A DNA stretch of 64,000 bases from the human T2T-CHM13v2.0 reference genome, Homo sapiens. This document shows positions 45,541-57,949 of the stretch, one piece after another. Where the stretch lies: NCBI RefSeq assembly GCF_009914755.1, contig NC_060932.1. One strand, given 5' to 3'. Both the position numbers and the translations under genes were made by a program. The notes below the pieces were generated by a model. It worked only from the letters and a program-made list of their open reading frames with translations, did no database searches and was not told the DNA's origin. Every line of letters starts with the position of its first letter. Positions within the stretch are counted from its first letter, which is position 1.

Positions 45541-46385
45541 AGTCATTGAGTTAACGATGGCATCAGAGGCTTCCATGTGCTGCTAGCTCTGTTTTCTTCT
45601 CAGTAAAATGGGTAGAGGCCTGAATTTCCAAGGGATTCAGATGATTCTGAAAAATTCCAAGCCCTGGCCTCATAGAAAAAGTACCTGTGAGTCCTCAGGA
45701 TGTTAGCACTAATCCACAGTGCAGAAGGGTTTCATGCCAGGTGTCCCAGGAACCCTTGGAGTTTTGCCAGAGCTGCCTGGCCACCTCTTCCTGTTTAAGG
45801 AGAAGGAAACATTTTCTGCTGATTTGCAGCCAGCAACAGGACAGGCCACCTGCTTACTTTCAGGAAAGAACAGAGGGGAAATTCTAGGGAGGGCCTCAGG
45901 TGACAGCCGGGCCCAGGGAAGGAAATCATACCTCATCCACAGGGAGCTGCAGCTCAGTGTTCAGGCTCTGGTGATCTCTGTGAGCACAGGCAAGACCATG
46001 TGCCACCATATTAGTCAGGGCTGTCACTTTAATGGAAGTAGTGAAGTTAATACTTTATTCACTGATTAATTCATTCACACTTTCCACCCTTTTACTTTTG
46101 TGTCCATTTAACTTTTCCTTTTTCTTTACACCATGAAGGTGACAGTGCCTATCTCGATGGGTCCTTGTGATGATCCTTGCCAAGGTACATGGTGGCCTGC
46201 CCCAAGTTCTGGCCCAGAAAGCGTGTAGTAGACTTGGCATTATTGGATATCTTTTCTGTAAATGCTCTAATGGTAAGTCTCTCAGTCTTTTTCTCCAGCT
46301 ATCAGTAACCAAACTGAGTTTTCCTAAGACTCTACCCTTTTGGCTGGAGAAACTTATCAGGAAAATCATTCTAGATTGCCCCACA

Positions 46386-46496
46386 TGGGGCCCCCAATAG
46401 CCCAGTTTGCCCAGGACAGAGCCCATCTCTGGCTGTGAGACTTTCTGTACTGACACAGGAGCAATATCAGGCAAACTGGGACAAGTTGGTCCCATA
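46386..46496. mobile_element. MER81-like hAT-Blackjack MITE
   Basis: Inverted arms cccagtttgccca / ggcaaactgggacaagttggtc. Confidence 0.65.
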
Positions 46497-46759
46497 TCCC
46501 ATCATCAAGTGGGCTAGGAGAGAACCAGTAACAGAAACCAAGAATCTGTTCGAACTCTTGTCTCTGTGTGAGAATACAACTCATTTTTCTTGATTTACAC
46601 AAGTGTAGATCTCTCTACCCCCATCAAGCAGAACATGAGAGGCAGGAAGGGGTAGAGTTAAGGCCCTGACTTTGGAGTCCTGCCCTGGTTTGATCACCTG
46701 TAATCCATGAGCTCTTGGACAAATTACTAAACTTTTCTCACTTCCTTACTTCCTCATCT

Positions 46760-47410
46760 AGATTTAGTTTACTAATATCTTATTTAGTATTTTTGCATCT
46801 ATATTCATGAGGAATTTGATCTGAATTTTTCCTTCCTATGGTGTCCTTATCTGGTTTAGGTATCAAGATGACAGACATCTCACAAACGTACTGGGGGAAT
46901 AAGTGCCAATCTATGGAAGCACTTGTATAAAATTGGAATTATATATTCCTTGGTGTTAGGTAGATTCCGGCTGTGGAGACGTTTGAGTCCTATATTTCTA
47001 GGAAATGTTTTGTCGTGTCTATTTTTTATTTATTAACATACTGCATTCTTATTATACTATTACTAATATCTTAGCATTTGTTTGTTGATCAGTCGTATCA
47101 GATGTCCAAATTATTCGTATCTCAAAGAAACAAATATTGTCTTCTATTTATTTCCTACATCATTATTTTTCAGTCTTATATTTATATTTTTCTTATGTAT
47201 TGGGCAGGGGAAGAGTTACTTTCTTATCATTTTTTTAGACTTCTTGATGCTTTAACTCACCAACAGTAAAGCTTTCCTTTTTCCCAACATCAAATATCAT
47301 CTTTCATATGTAAAACTTTCATTATTAGCAATTTATAAAATATTGACAATTTACTATTGCCATTTCTTCTTTAAACCATGAGTTATTTAGAACTTGACTT
47401 AATTTCAGTT
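46760..47410 (-). mobile_element. Old L1M ORF2 fragment
   Basis: atttttgcatctatattcatgagg, tctggtttaggtatcaag, ccatgagttatttagaa. Confidence 0.75.
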
Positions 47411-47421
47411 TCTTCTGGGGA

Positions 47422-47610
47422 TGTGACGGTTATCAGCTGTCTGCCCCTTCAGGTCTATGCGCCATCCTTCCTTCACCCTGTTCTCTGCCCAGGAAACTGA
47501 GAGATGAGAACTATGTCAACTGGCTCTGTGATCCCCTGGCTGCTAGTTGAAAGGAGGTAAGAGGGTGGAAGGAGAGTGAAGTCAGGTGTCTATTTGCTGG
47601 ACTCCCTTTT
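47422..47610 (+). mobile_element. LTR33/LTR41-type fragment
   Basis: caccctgttctctgcccagga, gagggtggaaggagagtgaagtcaggtgtctattt. Confidence 0.55.
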
Positions 47611-48583
47611 CTTTCCTTTATTTCATTCGGAGCACACGCCACACCCTGAAATCATGCTGTTTACCTTAGCATAACTACTCTTGTGTTTTCCGTCCTCACA
47701 TTAAGAAGGTAAATTCCACTGCAGCAAAATCTCCAGCTTCCACCCCAGGGCCTGGCTCCTGAAGGTAAGAGGTGAAAGAACCTTTATAGATCACAGAGAC
47801 CAGCTCCTTCCCAGTGCATCTAAGGAAACTGAAGTTAACAGGCAAGGAGACTTGCCAAAGGTCAAATGTCTCATTAGAGGCAGGGCCACCTACACCCTGA
47901 CCCTGGATTTCTTCTATAGCATGAGACCTCCCAAAATAAGGTGAGAAGAAGAAAGAGGGGGAGTCCCTGCCTGGACGCAGTGTGAAGGAACTGGCTGCAT
48001 TGTAATTCTCTGAGCAAAGGAGGGCAAATACCCACAAAGCTGAATCACTGATTGCTTTGCCTCTCCCAAGTTTCACAAGTAGCCTCTGATCTCTGTGCCT
48101 CCTATGTCAAGCCTGCATAGACAGTTGGTTAATTAAATGAGGCCACAACAGCCAAATGGCCTAGGAAGGTGTCTGTTTCCACTGCCAGACCTCTGACCTC
48201 TTTATGGTGGAGAATAGAATAAACAAAGTTTCCCAAGAAGCTGAGAAAAACCTCTCTTCCTGAGTTCCTATCACATAAGAAATGATTGCTGTGAACAGAT
48301 GTCCAAGTCCTGATCTTGGAGCAGCCAGGGCCCAAAGCTGGGATGCCAATTTTCATTTTATCTTCCTCTTCCACTAATCCTGCAGGGCCCAGAACCAAAG
48401 CACAAGATGAAATATATCAACACTTTGGAATAAATCACTATGGGCCATAGGAGGGAGGAGACCCATCAAAATTATTGAAAAGTTTGATTGAAGGTGCCTT
48501 TAAAAATATTGATGATTTTCCAAGGAGAAAATTTCTTCTAAGCAGATTTTTTTAAATGCATAATTTGTTTAAAAGTGCTTATT

Positions 48584-48965
48584 TACACCATGGAATACAA
48601 TGCAGCCATAAAAAAGAATGAGTTCATGTCCCTTGCAGGAACATGGATGAAGCTGGAAACCATCATTCTCAGCAAACTAACACAGGAACAGAAAATCAAA
48701 CACGTGTTTGTTCTCACGCATAAGTGGGAGTTGAACAATGAGAACACGTGGACACAGGGAGGGGAATACCACACACCGGGACCTGTCGGGGGTGGGGGGC
48801 AAAGAGAGGGAGAGCATTAGGACAAATACCTAGGGCATGTGGGGCTTAAAACCTAGACGATGGGTTGATAGGTGTAGCAAACCACCATGGCACACATATA
48901 CCTATATAACAAACCTGCACGTTCTCCACATGTATCCCAGAACTTAAACTGAAATTTTTAAAAAT
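48584..48965 (+). mobile_element. L1PA (PA7-PA10 range) 3' end
   Basis: cagcaaactaacacaggaacagaaaa, gagagcattaggacaaatacc, ggggcttaaaacctaga, tatcccagaacttaaa. Confidence 0.9.
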
Positions 48966-49003
48966 ATGGTTATTTATAAAAGACTTGAAGCACTTGACCT
49001 CGG

Positions 49004-49099
49004 ATCAGAGGTATGTTCAAATCTTTATTTCCATGCGCCATGAGCTTGACTATCAGAGGTATGTTCAACTCTTCATTTCCATACACCATGAACTTGACT
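49004..49099. repeat. 48-bp tandem duplication, 2 copies
   Basis: atcagaggtatgttcaa...cttgact at 49004-49051 and 49052-49099, 5 mismatches. Confidence 0.9.
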
Positions 49100-49828
49100 C
49101 TAAACTGGGCATTCCTGGCCAGGTGGGCACACTTCTGCCTGCTTTGCATCCCTAATTCTCAAAAGTGAAGCCTCAAGGAAAGTCCCAATCCTGGGAAGCA
49201 CCTTAAGGTTTACAAAACCCTCTCGTGAGTTTATGTCCCATCATCTCCTTACACGAGCATAAGAACTGAGGCTCATGGACGTTGAATCAACCTGCCAAGG
49301 TCTGTCCAGCTACTGACTGACAGCTGCAGAATCTGAACCTCACCTGTCCTGTATGTTATGCTGGGGCACCTCATGCTGTGTTTGTCGTTAGCTAAGTGTG
49401 TGTTTGTCTCCCCAGGTGACTGAGTTTCTTGAAATAATGTCTCATTTACTTGCCTATTGGCCACATCTATCTTGCTGGATGGCACATAACAGATCTCTCC
49501 TGGTCCTATGTTTAAAATGTCTACATTCTGGTTCGAATGAATGAATGGAAATGCCCCTCAACAGGAAGGCCTGAAAAATGTGACCTTATCTTGGCTTTGC
49601 TTCATGACTTGGGACACCTCACTTCCTCTTTCTGTTCCTTGTGTTGCTACTGGAATACGAGTTCTTTAAATCCCATCACTTCTCATTCTCCTCTTCAGGC
49701 CAAAGGTCTTTGTGTGATGCCACGTAGCAAATTCAAAAGTGAGATCTCTTCCCACACCCTTAAAACCAAATCAAAGACATATTGAGAGAAAGAAGAGAGA
49801 GAGATTTTTGTCATGAGTGACTGGATAG

Positions 49829-50006
49829 CAGGACTGGCTACATAGTGGGGGTGGTCGGTGGGGGGGTTGGGTGGTCCAGGGTGAAATTGTTAAAATTCTT
49901 TAAAGAATTTCAAACTGGCAATGGCAGAACCTTAATCCAGTGCAGGTCCTTTTAGGCATGGGGTCCTTTGCAAATGAGCAGATTATATGCTATGAAGCTG
50001 GCCGTG
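49829..50006. mobile_element. MER45A hAT-Tip100 element
   Basis: caggactggctacata...aagaatttcaa...ggcagaacc...atgaagctggccgtg. Confidence 0.75.
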
Positions 50007-50039
50007 CAAGCAGCAATTATGGCTTAAACATGCAGCCCT

Positions 50040-50800
50040 TTCTATGACCACTGGTGGAAGCATTTCCCTTTTAGGAGCCAAATCCTCTAAATGCACAGAG
50101 CCCAGGGTGATGGGAATGGGAGTGATGGAAAGCAGAACTAGACATCTTCCCCCATTGGTTTCCAGACCCTCAGCCTCCCCATTGGGTCAGAGAACCATAT
50201 AATGATACTTGATTTCAGGCAATAGTTTTCAACCATAAACGGATATCTAGGGGATGTGGTGCTACTACTTATATAAAGTGTGTGGAGGCCAGGGATGCTG
50301 TTAAACATTCTACAATGGACAGAGCAGCTCCTCATGACAAGTAATTATCTGGCCCTAAATGTGAATAGTCCCAAGAGTAACAAACCTCCATTGAGGGTAT
50401 ATACTGCACTTGAAACTTGACTATCATGGCAGGCTCTTCCATCTTCATTGACCGAACCTTCACCATATGGAGTGCATTTATCTTACTGATGTCTGAAACA
50501 CACTTACTTACTGCTTCTTGCTCAACCAATCTGATTGGTCTGATGTCATCAATATGTAGTCAAGAAGGTCATATTCTGTGGGATTTCCAAATGATCTAGA
50601 TCCCTTCAGACTGTATGTTGGAAGGAGATGTAAGATTCACATGGCTTTGGGTGAGAATGTAAATGCATACTGCTATCTGTCCTACATGAATGCAGACTGC
50701 CATGAGCCCACTTTCTCATTAGGAGTTTTTTTTAAAAAAGACCAAGTTCACCATAGCAATGGCCTCCTCAAGGATACATATGAAACTCAAGAAGTTTTTT
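50040..50800 (-). mobile_element. ERVL pol relic, interrupted by MER20
   Basis: Minus strand reads HIDDI at 50542-50556 followed by gagcaagaag; aatgcttccaccag further downstream as in ERVL. Confidence 0.7.
50220..50389 (+). mobile_element. MER20 DNA transposon
   Basis: gaggccagggatgctgttaaacattctacaatg...aattatctggccctaaatgtgaatagt. Confidence 0.85.
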
Positions 50801-51199
50801 AGTGCAGTGAGGAAGGGAATGGGATGTGAATTATGAATAAATGGGGATGGATGAATGAACAATCTACACATGCATACATCCATGCAGGAAAATCAGGGAA
50901 GAGTTCTTGTAGAAGCCAGTGATGGAGATGATGATGGTATTCTGTGAATTCAGGAATATGATCATCATGTCCCTCTAAAAAAATAGGGAGAGATCTCACT
51001 TTTGATTTTGCTATGCTGCATCAACAAAGACCTTTAGCTTGAAGAGGAAAATGAGAAATCATGGGATTTAAAGAACTCATTCCAGGTAGAAAAACAAAGA
51101 CCAGAAAAAAAGGTGTCCCAAGTCATGAAGCAGACCCCCACCCACTCCTGCACACTCAAGGAAAGGTAAGACACAGAGAGCATGTCTAGGGAAAGGATA

Positions 51200-51670
51200 C
51201 TAATTGGTTAGTTCCACATCTTGCACACCCAGGTGCAGGTGCTCCATAGGTAGAACTAGAAATGGTAAGACAGCTGGAGGTAGAATCCAGCTCCCATGGA
51301 GGACTGAAGCCCTGAGGACAAGTGAGATCCTCAGGACAGCTGCAGAGAATGACTGAGTGCAGTGGGCTCAAGATAGAGCCCTGGAGAACCCCGATGTTTA
51401 AAGGAACAAAGGGGATGATGAACCCATCCAAGAAACTGAGAAGAAATGCTCAAAATTATGAGAATCATCAGAGGAATGTGGAATGAAGGAAGCTAGGGTA
51501 GAAGAGAATTTCAAAGGCCTGAGTGAATGGCCATTTCAAAGGCAGTAAGAGATGCTGGAAGATAAAGGCTGAAAACTTTTTAAAAAGTTGGACTATAATT
51601 TTTGCTTTTATCGTTACGATAAAGCATTGAATTGAGGTGAATGGGTTTGCGGGAGTGTGGAACAGGAAAG
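51200..51670 (-). mobile_element. L2 fragment
   Basis: agagccctggagaaccccgatgtttaaagg, aagaaactgagaag, gaagagaatttcaa. Confidence 0.7.
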
Positions 51671-52659
51671 CGGCTCAGAAAGCAAATCGGTAATCCCTCT
51701 AACATCGTCCCTGCTCTACCATGGACCTTGTCTATTGCCACAAGTGAACATCTGGCCTCCAGTGTTGTCCTAGATGGAATAGAGATACGATTGTGTGATG
51801 TGCAAGGTTTTGTGATGCTCAAGTGAGAGATAAAATGTAAAAGTGCTTTTTAAACTATTTGTTGGTTCTTTTAACACATTAGCTAAAGCTAACAAGAGAG
51901 ATTTGGATTTTGAACCATTGCACACCTTCCAGACAAAGATCTCAAACTTTTTATGGAAGTTTGCTTTCCTCCTCTCCAGTATGGACATCATAAAATGCAA
52001 GCCTATGGCATTGTCCAAGTCCAGGATAGGGGCCTTTGAAGTGTGTAAAAATGCTGATGAGATCATTTTTGAGAGCTATTGCCAGTCACTGCTTTTGATT
52101 GAACTCCACCCTGAGCAGCAGGGCCCCTGAATTTACTTATCCCTTCCTCTCTCTCTCGGGGACCTGCCACCCTCCAGAGACAAGACACAACCTCACTCAT
52201 TACTTTTCCCAGTGACAAGCACAATGCCCAGCAACAAGAAAGAGCACCCCAAAACATGTGATGAATGACTGGATACTAGGAGGAGGAAGAAAATGTGTGC
52301 TAGAAAAAAAAATGAAATAAAGAATAAGCAAAGGAGAGGTGCATTTGACCTGAAGGAACTGGGAAAGCTTCCTGGTAAAGAAAGCAGTTGACCAAAACTT
52401 TGAAAGAAGGAAGGACTGGACAAGTAGACAGTAGAGAGGATATTTCAAGTCTAGAGGAAAATGTGAACAAAAGCACAGAATAAAGAAAATGCAGGAATGT
52501 TGGCAGCTACATCCATGTTCTTTCCAACAGATCTTGAAAGTCCCATGCATTGAGTGCTTGCTATGTGCCAGGCACTTGCAAGACTTTTTTCCTCCTCTTT
52601 GAAGAGGAAAGAAAGGACATGAACACTGGAGACAGCCATGGGGAAGGGATGAGGTAGGC

Positions 52660-52870
52660 AAGGGTCAGACCCATATGTGTTCTAATCCCAGCTCCACCAC
52701 CACAGAAGTGTGAGTTTCCGGCAACCTAATGAATTCCTTATAAGCCTCTTGCTCCTCATCTGCCCAGGGGAGGCAACGGTGCTTACTCAGGGAGTGTGTG
52801 ATGATTAAATGATATAATGAATCATACACATGCCCAGCATTGAACACCATTGGTGCTCAACCAGCATTTG
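52660..52870 (+). mobile_element. MIR SINE
   Basis: gttctaatcccagctccaccac...gattaaatgatataat...ggtgctcaa. Confidence 0.75.
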
Positions 52871-54999
52871 CCCCTGTCCCTTCCACCAGAGCCCAGTGAT
52901 CCTGGACAGCTTTCAGGCATCTTGAGTTCTCAAGGGCTTCCTTTGGTTCTCTTTGTACAGTAAGGACTGTGGGGATGCAAGATGCCACTCCTGTGCCAAG
53001 AATGTGAGGAGCACTATTTTCCTCCCAAGTCAGGTCTTTATGGTAACCTTAAAATGGTGCAAAATTCCAGCATCTCAACTCCCTTTCCCTGCCGTTATTT
53101 TTATCTCTTCTCACTCTGTCATGTTCATAGGATGCTGCCTCTTGCTGTGGCAACAGACACAAGGCTGGGTTGGGAGCAATCAGAGACAGATGGGAAAGAC
53201 CTGCTGGAAGAATCCCGGAACATAGAAGCTGGAATCCATGTCCGCTCCCTCCGCTGCTTCCCACAGCCTCCTCCAAAGCCCTGAGAGAGAAGTGCAGGGG
53301 GAGGTCACACCCTCCCCTGCATCTGGGTTGGGGGACCTAAGAGGACCACCCAGAAAAGTAAATTATTTTTAAGCAGAGTATGCTGTTATTTGAAAAACAC
53401 ATACATATTTGATATTTCACTCAAAATATATCAACCTTCATTTGGCATATCCAGGTAATATTTTTAAATCACTTAATTTTTTTTTCACCAAAATCCACAC
53501 ATAAAATTGACGCTCACGTATAAATCCACACTGGGTATTTGTTCTGTTAGTGTCAAGCGCTGCTGAGAACACGACCCTATTTCCCAGTGAAATGTGGACT
53601 TCAGGATGGGAAACCTGAGTAGATCCCAACTTCAGATGACGGAAGTAAAGCCCAGAGGTTGCAAATCAATCTTTTCTCTTCTTTTAACTTTATTTTCCAC
53701 TTACTTCATAAACATTCTTCCGTTTAATCCTCACAGGAAACCTACAAGGAAAGGAGGAAGAACAGTGTTGTTACTGTCTCCACTTCGTAGGTGACATCCA
53801 GCAAGGTGACGGGATTTGGCTGCTGCCTCCCAGGTTGCCATGGTGAATTCCAGCCCAGAAAACAAGATAACATACAGAGCCAAGAGTGAGAACACCATGG
53901 GACGTGGTGACAGAGGGAGATGGCAGCTTTGATGGGAGCACTGAGGGGGCAGGTAATGCAGCCTAGAGATTTATGGAAGACCTGCGCTTCACTTCAATGG
54001 CAGGCAATAGTGACACACCAAAAAGAATTTGCTTGTTGCAAATTCAAGTCCAAATGGAGCAGCCTAACACAGGGCCAGCTATGTAAATGGGATGACAACT
54101 AGACCGTCCAAAGATGATCTAGTTGGCAAGATGAAGGCTCAGAAAGAAAAGAAAAAAAGAATCAAAATAGATAATAAAGAAGCTCTTTCCACCCTTCTCA
54201 AAAGAAGTAAGACAGCAGAATGCTGCTGCCCTCTATTTGATGCAAACGTCACATGGATGAGTGCTAAAATGACCCAAAAGCAGCATTCATGAGCGGAAAT
54301 TCTCTGAACTCCAGCGGCTTCCAGGTAAGCTTGTGAGGATCCCAACCTTTATCCCCCTCTCTGACTCCACACCAGCCTGGAAGGCTCCCCAGCCCCCACA
54401 CCCATTAAGTGGGACCATTAAGTGGGCACTGCACTTAATGGTCCTATTTATTCATGAGTGGCTGTCTCCCTTCATCAGTCCCAATGCACTCTGGGACTTA
54501 GAGGGGAGCTTTTCTAATCCTGAGGACACCTTGGGGACAGGGTAGACAGAGCCATGCCTCAGCTAGAACCTCCCTTCTGAGTAGCGGGCCCTGTCTCACC
54601 TGAGTGTGAGTGGATATGCTTCAGGATAAATGGCCAAACTGGACATTGATGAGGGGCCAAAAACTCTAAAGGAACTAGAGCAAAGTTAATGCCAGTCCTC
54701 CTGTCTTCCAGGCCTGAGAGAGCCTCCCTTGGGCTTGGATTTCTCATTTGCAAATAAATGTGGCTCACTATCCTATGGGAACAAAGGAGCCTGCAGCCAG
54801 AATCACTATAGGAAGAGACGGCCCAGCTTAGCAGTCACATGGCCTCTGTGGGTGAGCTCCTGGCCCTGCCACCTGCCACGAGAGCACCTGAGCCTACTTC
54901 ACAGGCAGGTGGTCCTGTGAGCTTAACAGGCAGCGCCAACCCCATGGCGAAGTCTTGCTGCAGAAGCTCAGTGTTTCAGCAGGTACCCTTAACTCACAC

Positions 55000-55371
55000 T
55001 GCAGACCCTGTCATTTGTCTGCCCAATAACCATGCCCCTATTTATTTAGGAAAGTTCTATGATATTTGGGGAGGGAATGAGGACAGACTCCTTATAGCAA
55101 GAGTGACCATGTGACTTTGTTCTGGCCAATTAAAGTTGAGAAGTCCCTAATCTGACTGGACCTTCTCTGAGAAAATGGATAAAGCCACACTAGAAGAAAC
55201 ACTTCCTCCTTCTCTCTGACCCTTTCTAACTACCAGAATGGCAGCAGCCATCCTGCAACTGTAAGAATAAAAGCTAAAAGGAAAGAAATATTCTGGGCCC
55301 TTGATGGCTAGTGACCCTTGCTCTGGACAGGCTACCTCCAAGTAAAAATAAGCCTGTGTTTGTCTAGTCAC
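55000..55371 (+). mobile_element. Old MLT1 LTR (J/K/L class), interrupted by MLT1B
   Basis: ccatgtgactttgttctggccaat, gcagcagccatcctg, aaaataagcctgtgtttgt. Confidence 0.6.
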
Positions 55372-55912
55372 CTCTATTCGTTTGCTAGAGCTGTCTTAAC
55401 AAATTATCACAGACTGGGTGGCTTCAACAACAGAAATTTATCTTCTCACAATTCTGGAGGCTAGAAGCTTGAGATCAAGGTGTTGGCAGGGGCGCTCCTT
55501 CCAAAGGCAGTGAGGGAAGGATCTGTTCCAGGCCTCATTCCTTGGCCTGTAGACTGCCGTCTTCTCCCTGGGTCCTCACATGCTCATCCCTCTGTATCTG
55601 TGTGTCTGTGTAGATGGCCGTCTTCTCTCTGTGTCCTCACATGCTTGTCCCTCGTTCCTTGGCCTGTAGACGGCCGTCTTCTCCCTGTGTCCTCACATAC
55701 TCGTCCCTCTGTATCTGTGTGTCTGTGTCCCAGTCTCCTCTTCTTAGAAGGTCACCAGTCATACTGAACTAGGGCCCACCATAAAGACCTCATTTTAATG
55801 TAATGACCTCTTTAAAGACCCTATCTCCAAATACAGTTACATTCTCAAGTACTAGGGGTTAGGACTTCAACATGGAATTTGTGGGTTTAAGGGCAAAATT
55901 CAGCCCATAACA
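55372..55912 (-). mobile_element. MLT1B-like MaLR LTR with internal tandem triplication
   Basis: acagactgggtggcttcaacaacagaaattta...aaagaccctatctccaaatacag...ttcagcccataaca. Confidence 0.9.
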
Positions 55913-56519
55913 CCATCATTGTGGGGTTGTCTGTGGTTTGCCTCTATCTACATAGCTATTTACCATATTATATCAACAGAAGGATCTTAGATGCTGTTGG
56001 TCTAGGTGCTGTTTGGTCTATCCAAATGGATATCCACACGCAGTGCAGTTTGCTGCCATCCACACAGCTATTTGCCACATTAGATCAGCAGTAGGATCCT
56101 AGACTGAGGTGCCATTTGGACTAGGACTGGGCTACAAGGGCTGGCAGCCAGGCTGGTAGACACAGGTGTGTACAAAGGGCACAAACACAAGACTTTAGGA
56201 GAAGAGGCCTGGAGGGAGGGGGGAGGAAGGTAAACTTGCCAACCAGTAATAAACCATATTTGATGAGCAGCTCTGCAGCAGACAGTGGACAACAGCGCCA
56301 CACAGGAGACCCCCTTCCAGGACCAGCACACACTCACTCTACCTGCATCATGCAACTTGCGCATATGCCCGTGACACAGTCCATCAATGTTGTCCATGCC
56401 TGGTAATTTGGCACAAATGATAAGCAGCTGCTATGATAACTATTAACCCTTTGCCAGCACAAAGGAATCTGCCAATACTTTGATGGAAGCTGTGTGATCG
56501 ATCAAGGAGCAGCACCGTG

Positions 56520-56735
56520 AGGGAGGACAGCATGGATTCTTAGCCAAAGCTGGGTCTGCCCCTTGCCTGCTCTGTGACCTTCAGCAATCTGTGCCCTCTC
56601 TGTGCCTGCTTCCTTATCTCTAAACAGGAATGAGAATCGCCGAACTCACCTTACTAGGTTATTGCAAGGAATAACCAATTAACATTTGTGAAACGTAGAA
56701 GAGTACCTGGCACAGAGTTAGTTCCATTTAAACGT
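56520..56735 (+). mobile_element. MIR SINE
   Basis: ctgtgaccttcagcaa...agagtacctggcacagag. Confidence 0.7.
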
Positions 56736-56939
56736 TCAGGTTTGTTTTTGTTTTTGTTTTTTAGTCCCAACATTTCATCCAAAATCACAGGTCCATGGGT
56801 CAATCCCTACCTTATTCTCAGCCTCTGATTTCTCTTTGTAAATATCTACTTAGCAAATTCACGAAGTACATACTATATATATGACACTGAGGCCAGCGCT
56901 GTGAGCTGAAGGCTGGTAATGCCATCCCTGTCTTCTTTA

Positions 56940-57383
<444 letters not shown>

Positions 57384-57599
57384 TCAGCAGTTCTGAGTGG
57401 GCTATTCTGGTGGGCAGGGTGAAACAGGACCCAGAGCAGCTTTAAATCGGAAGCTGAGAGGGAGAGACCAGAAGTAAGGAGGGAAGGGGTGGCCGTTGGT
57501 AAGTTCCTGCCATGGGTCAGGCATTGTGCTAGGCCCCTGATATGCCTTTTCAGATGCAGAATGCTAGGTCTCACACAGAACCAGTCCTCTGCTCCTTCG

Positions 57600-57910
57600 T
57601 GGTCCCCTGGAGAAGCTGTGCCTCGCAGCCCCTTACTGTTAGGTGGCACCAGAGACTAATTCCGTCTGATGGGCTGTGCATGGGAATGACATGCCACTTC
57701 CAGGTGGTGGCCTTGAAGAATAGATATGGGCTACGCTCCCTTCTCTCCCGTCCATGGGGGCTTCTCTTTCCCTTCCAGGTTGTGCGTCCCAGAGGGTGGC
57801 TCTAAAAGTTAAAGGAGGATGGCCTCCCCATGTCAGATATAACAGGGGCCACTAGTGCACCTGTGCACTCTTGATTAGCCACTAAAATGTTGGGGTGAAT
57901 TTGTTCATTT
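57600..57910 (+). mobile_element. Old MLT1 LTR fragment
   Basis: gttaggtggcacc, atgacatgccacttccagg, agccactaaaatgttggggtgaatttgtt. Confidence 0.55.
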
Positions 57911-57949
57911 ATAGATTCCCAACCGCCCTCCCCACCACCACCACTTCAC

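Noticed and set aside
50505-50620. Minus-strand exon ending in a GTAAGT donor
   Set aside because: The sequence is explained as decayed ERVL reverse transcriptase, with no supported acceptor or frame
53293-53321. Hairpin tgcagggggagg / cctcccctgca as an RNA gene or terminator
   Set aside because: Short 11-bp stem with a bulge and no supporting context
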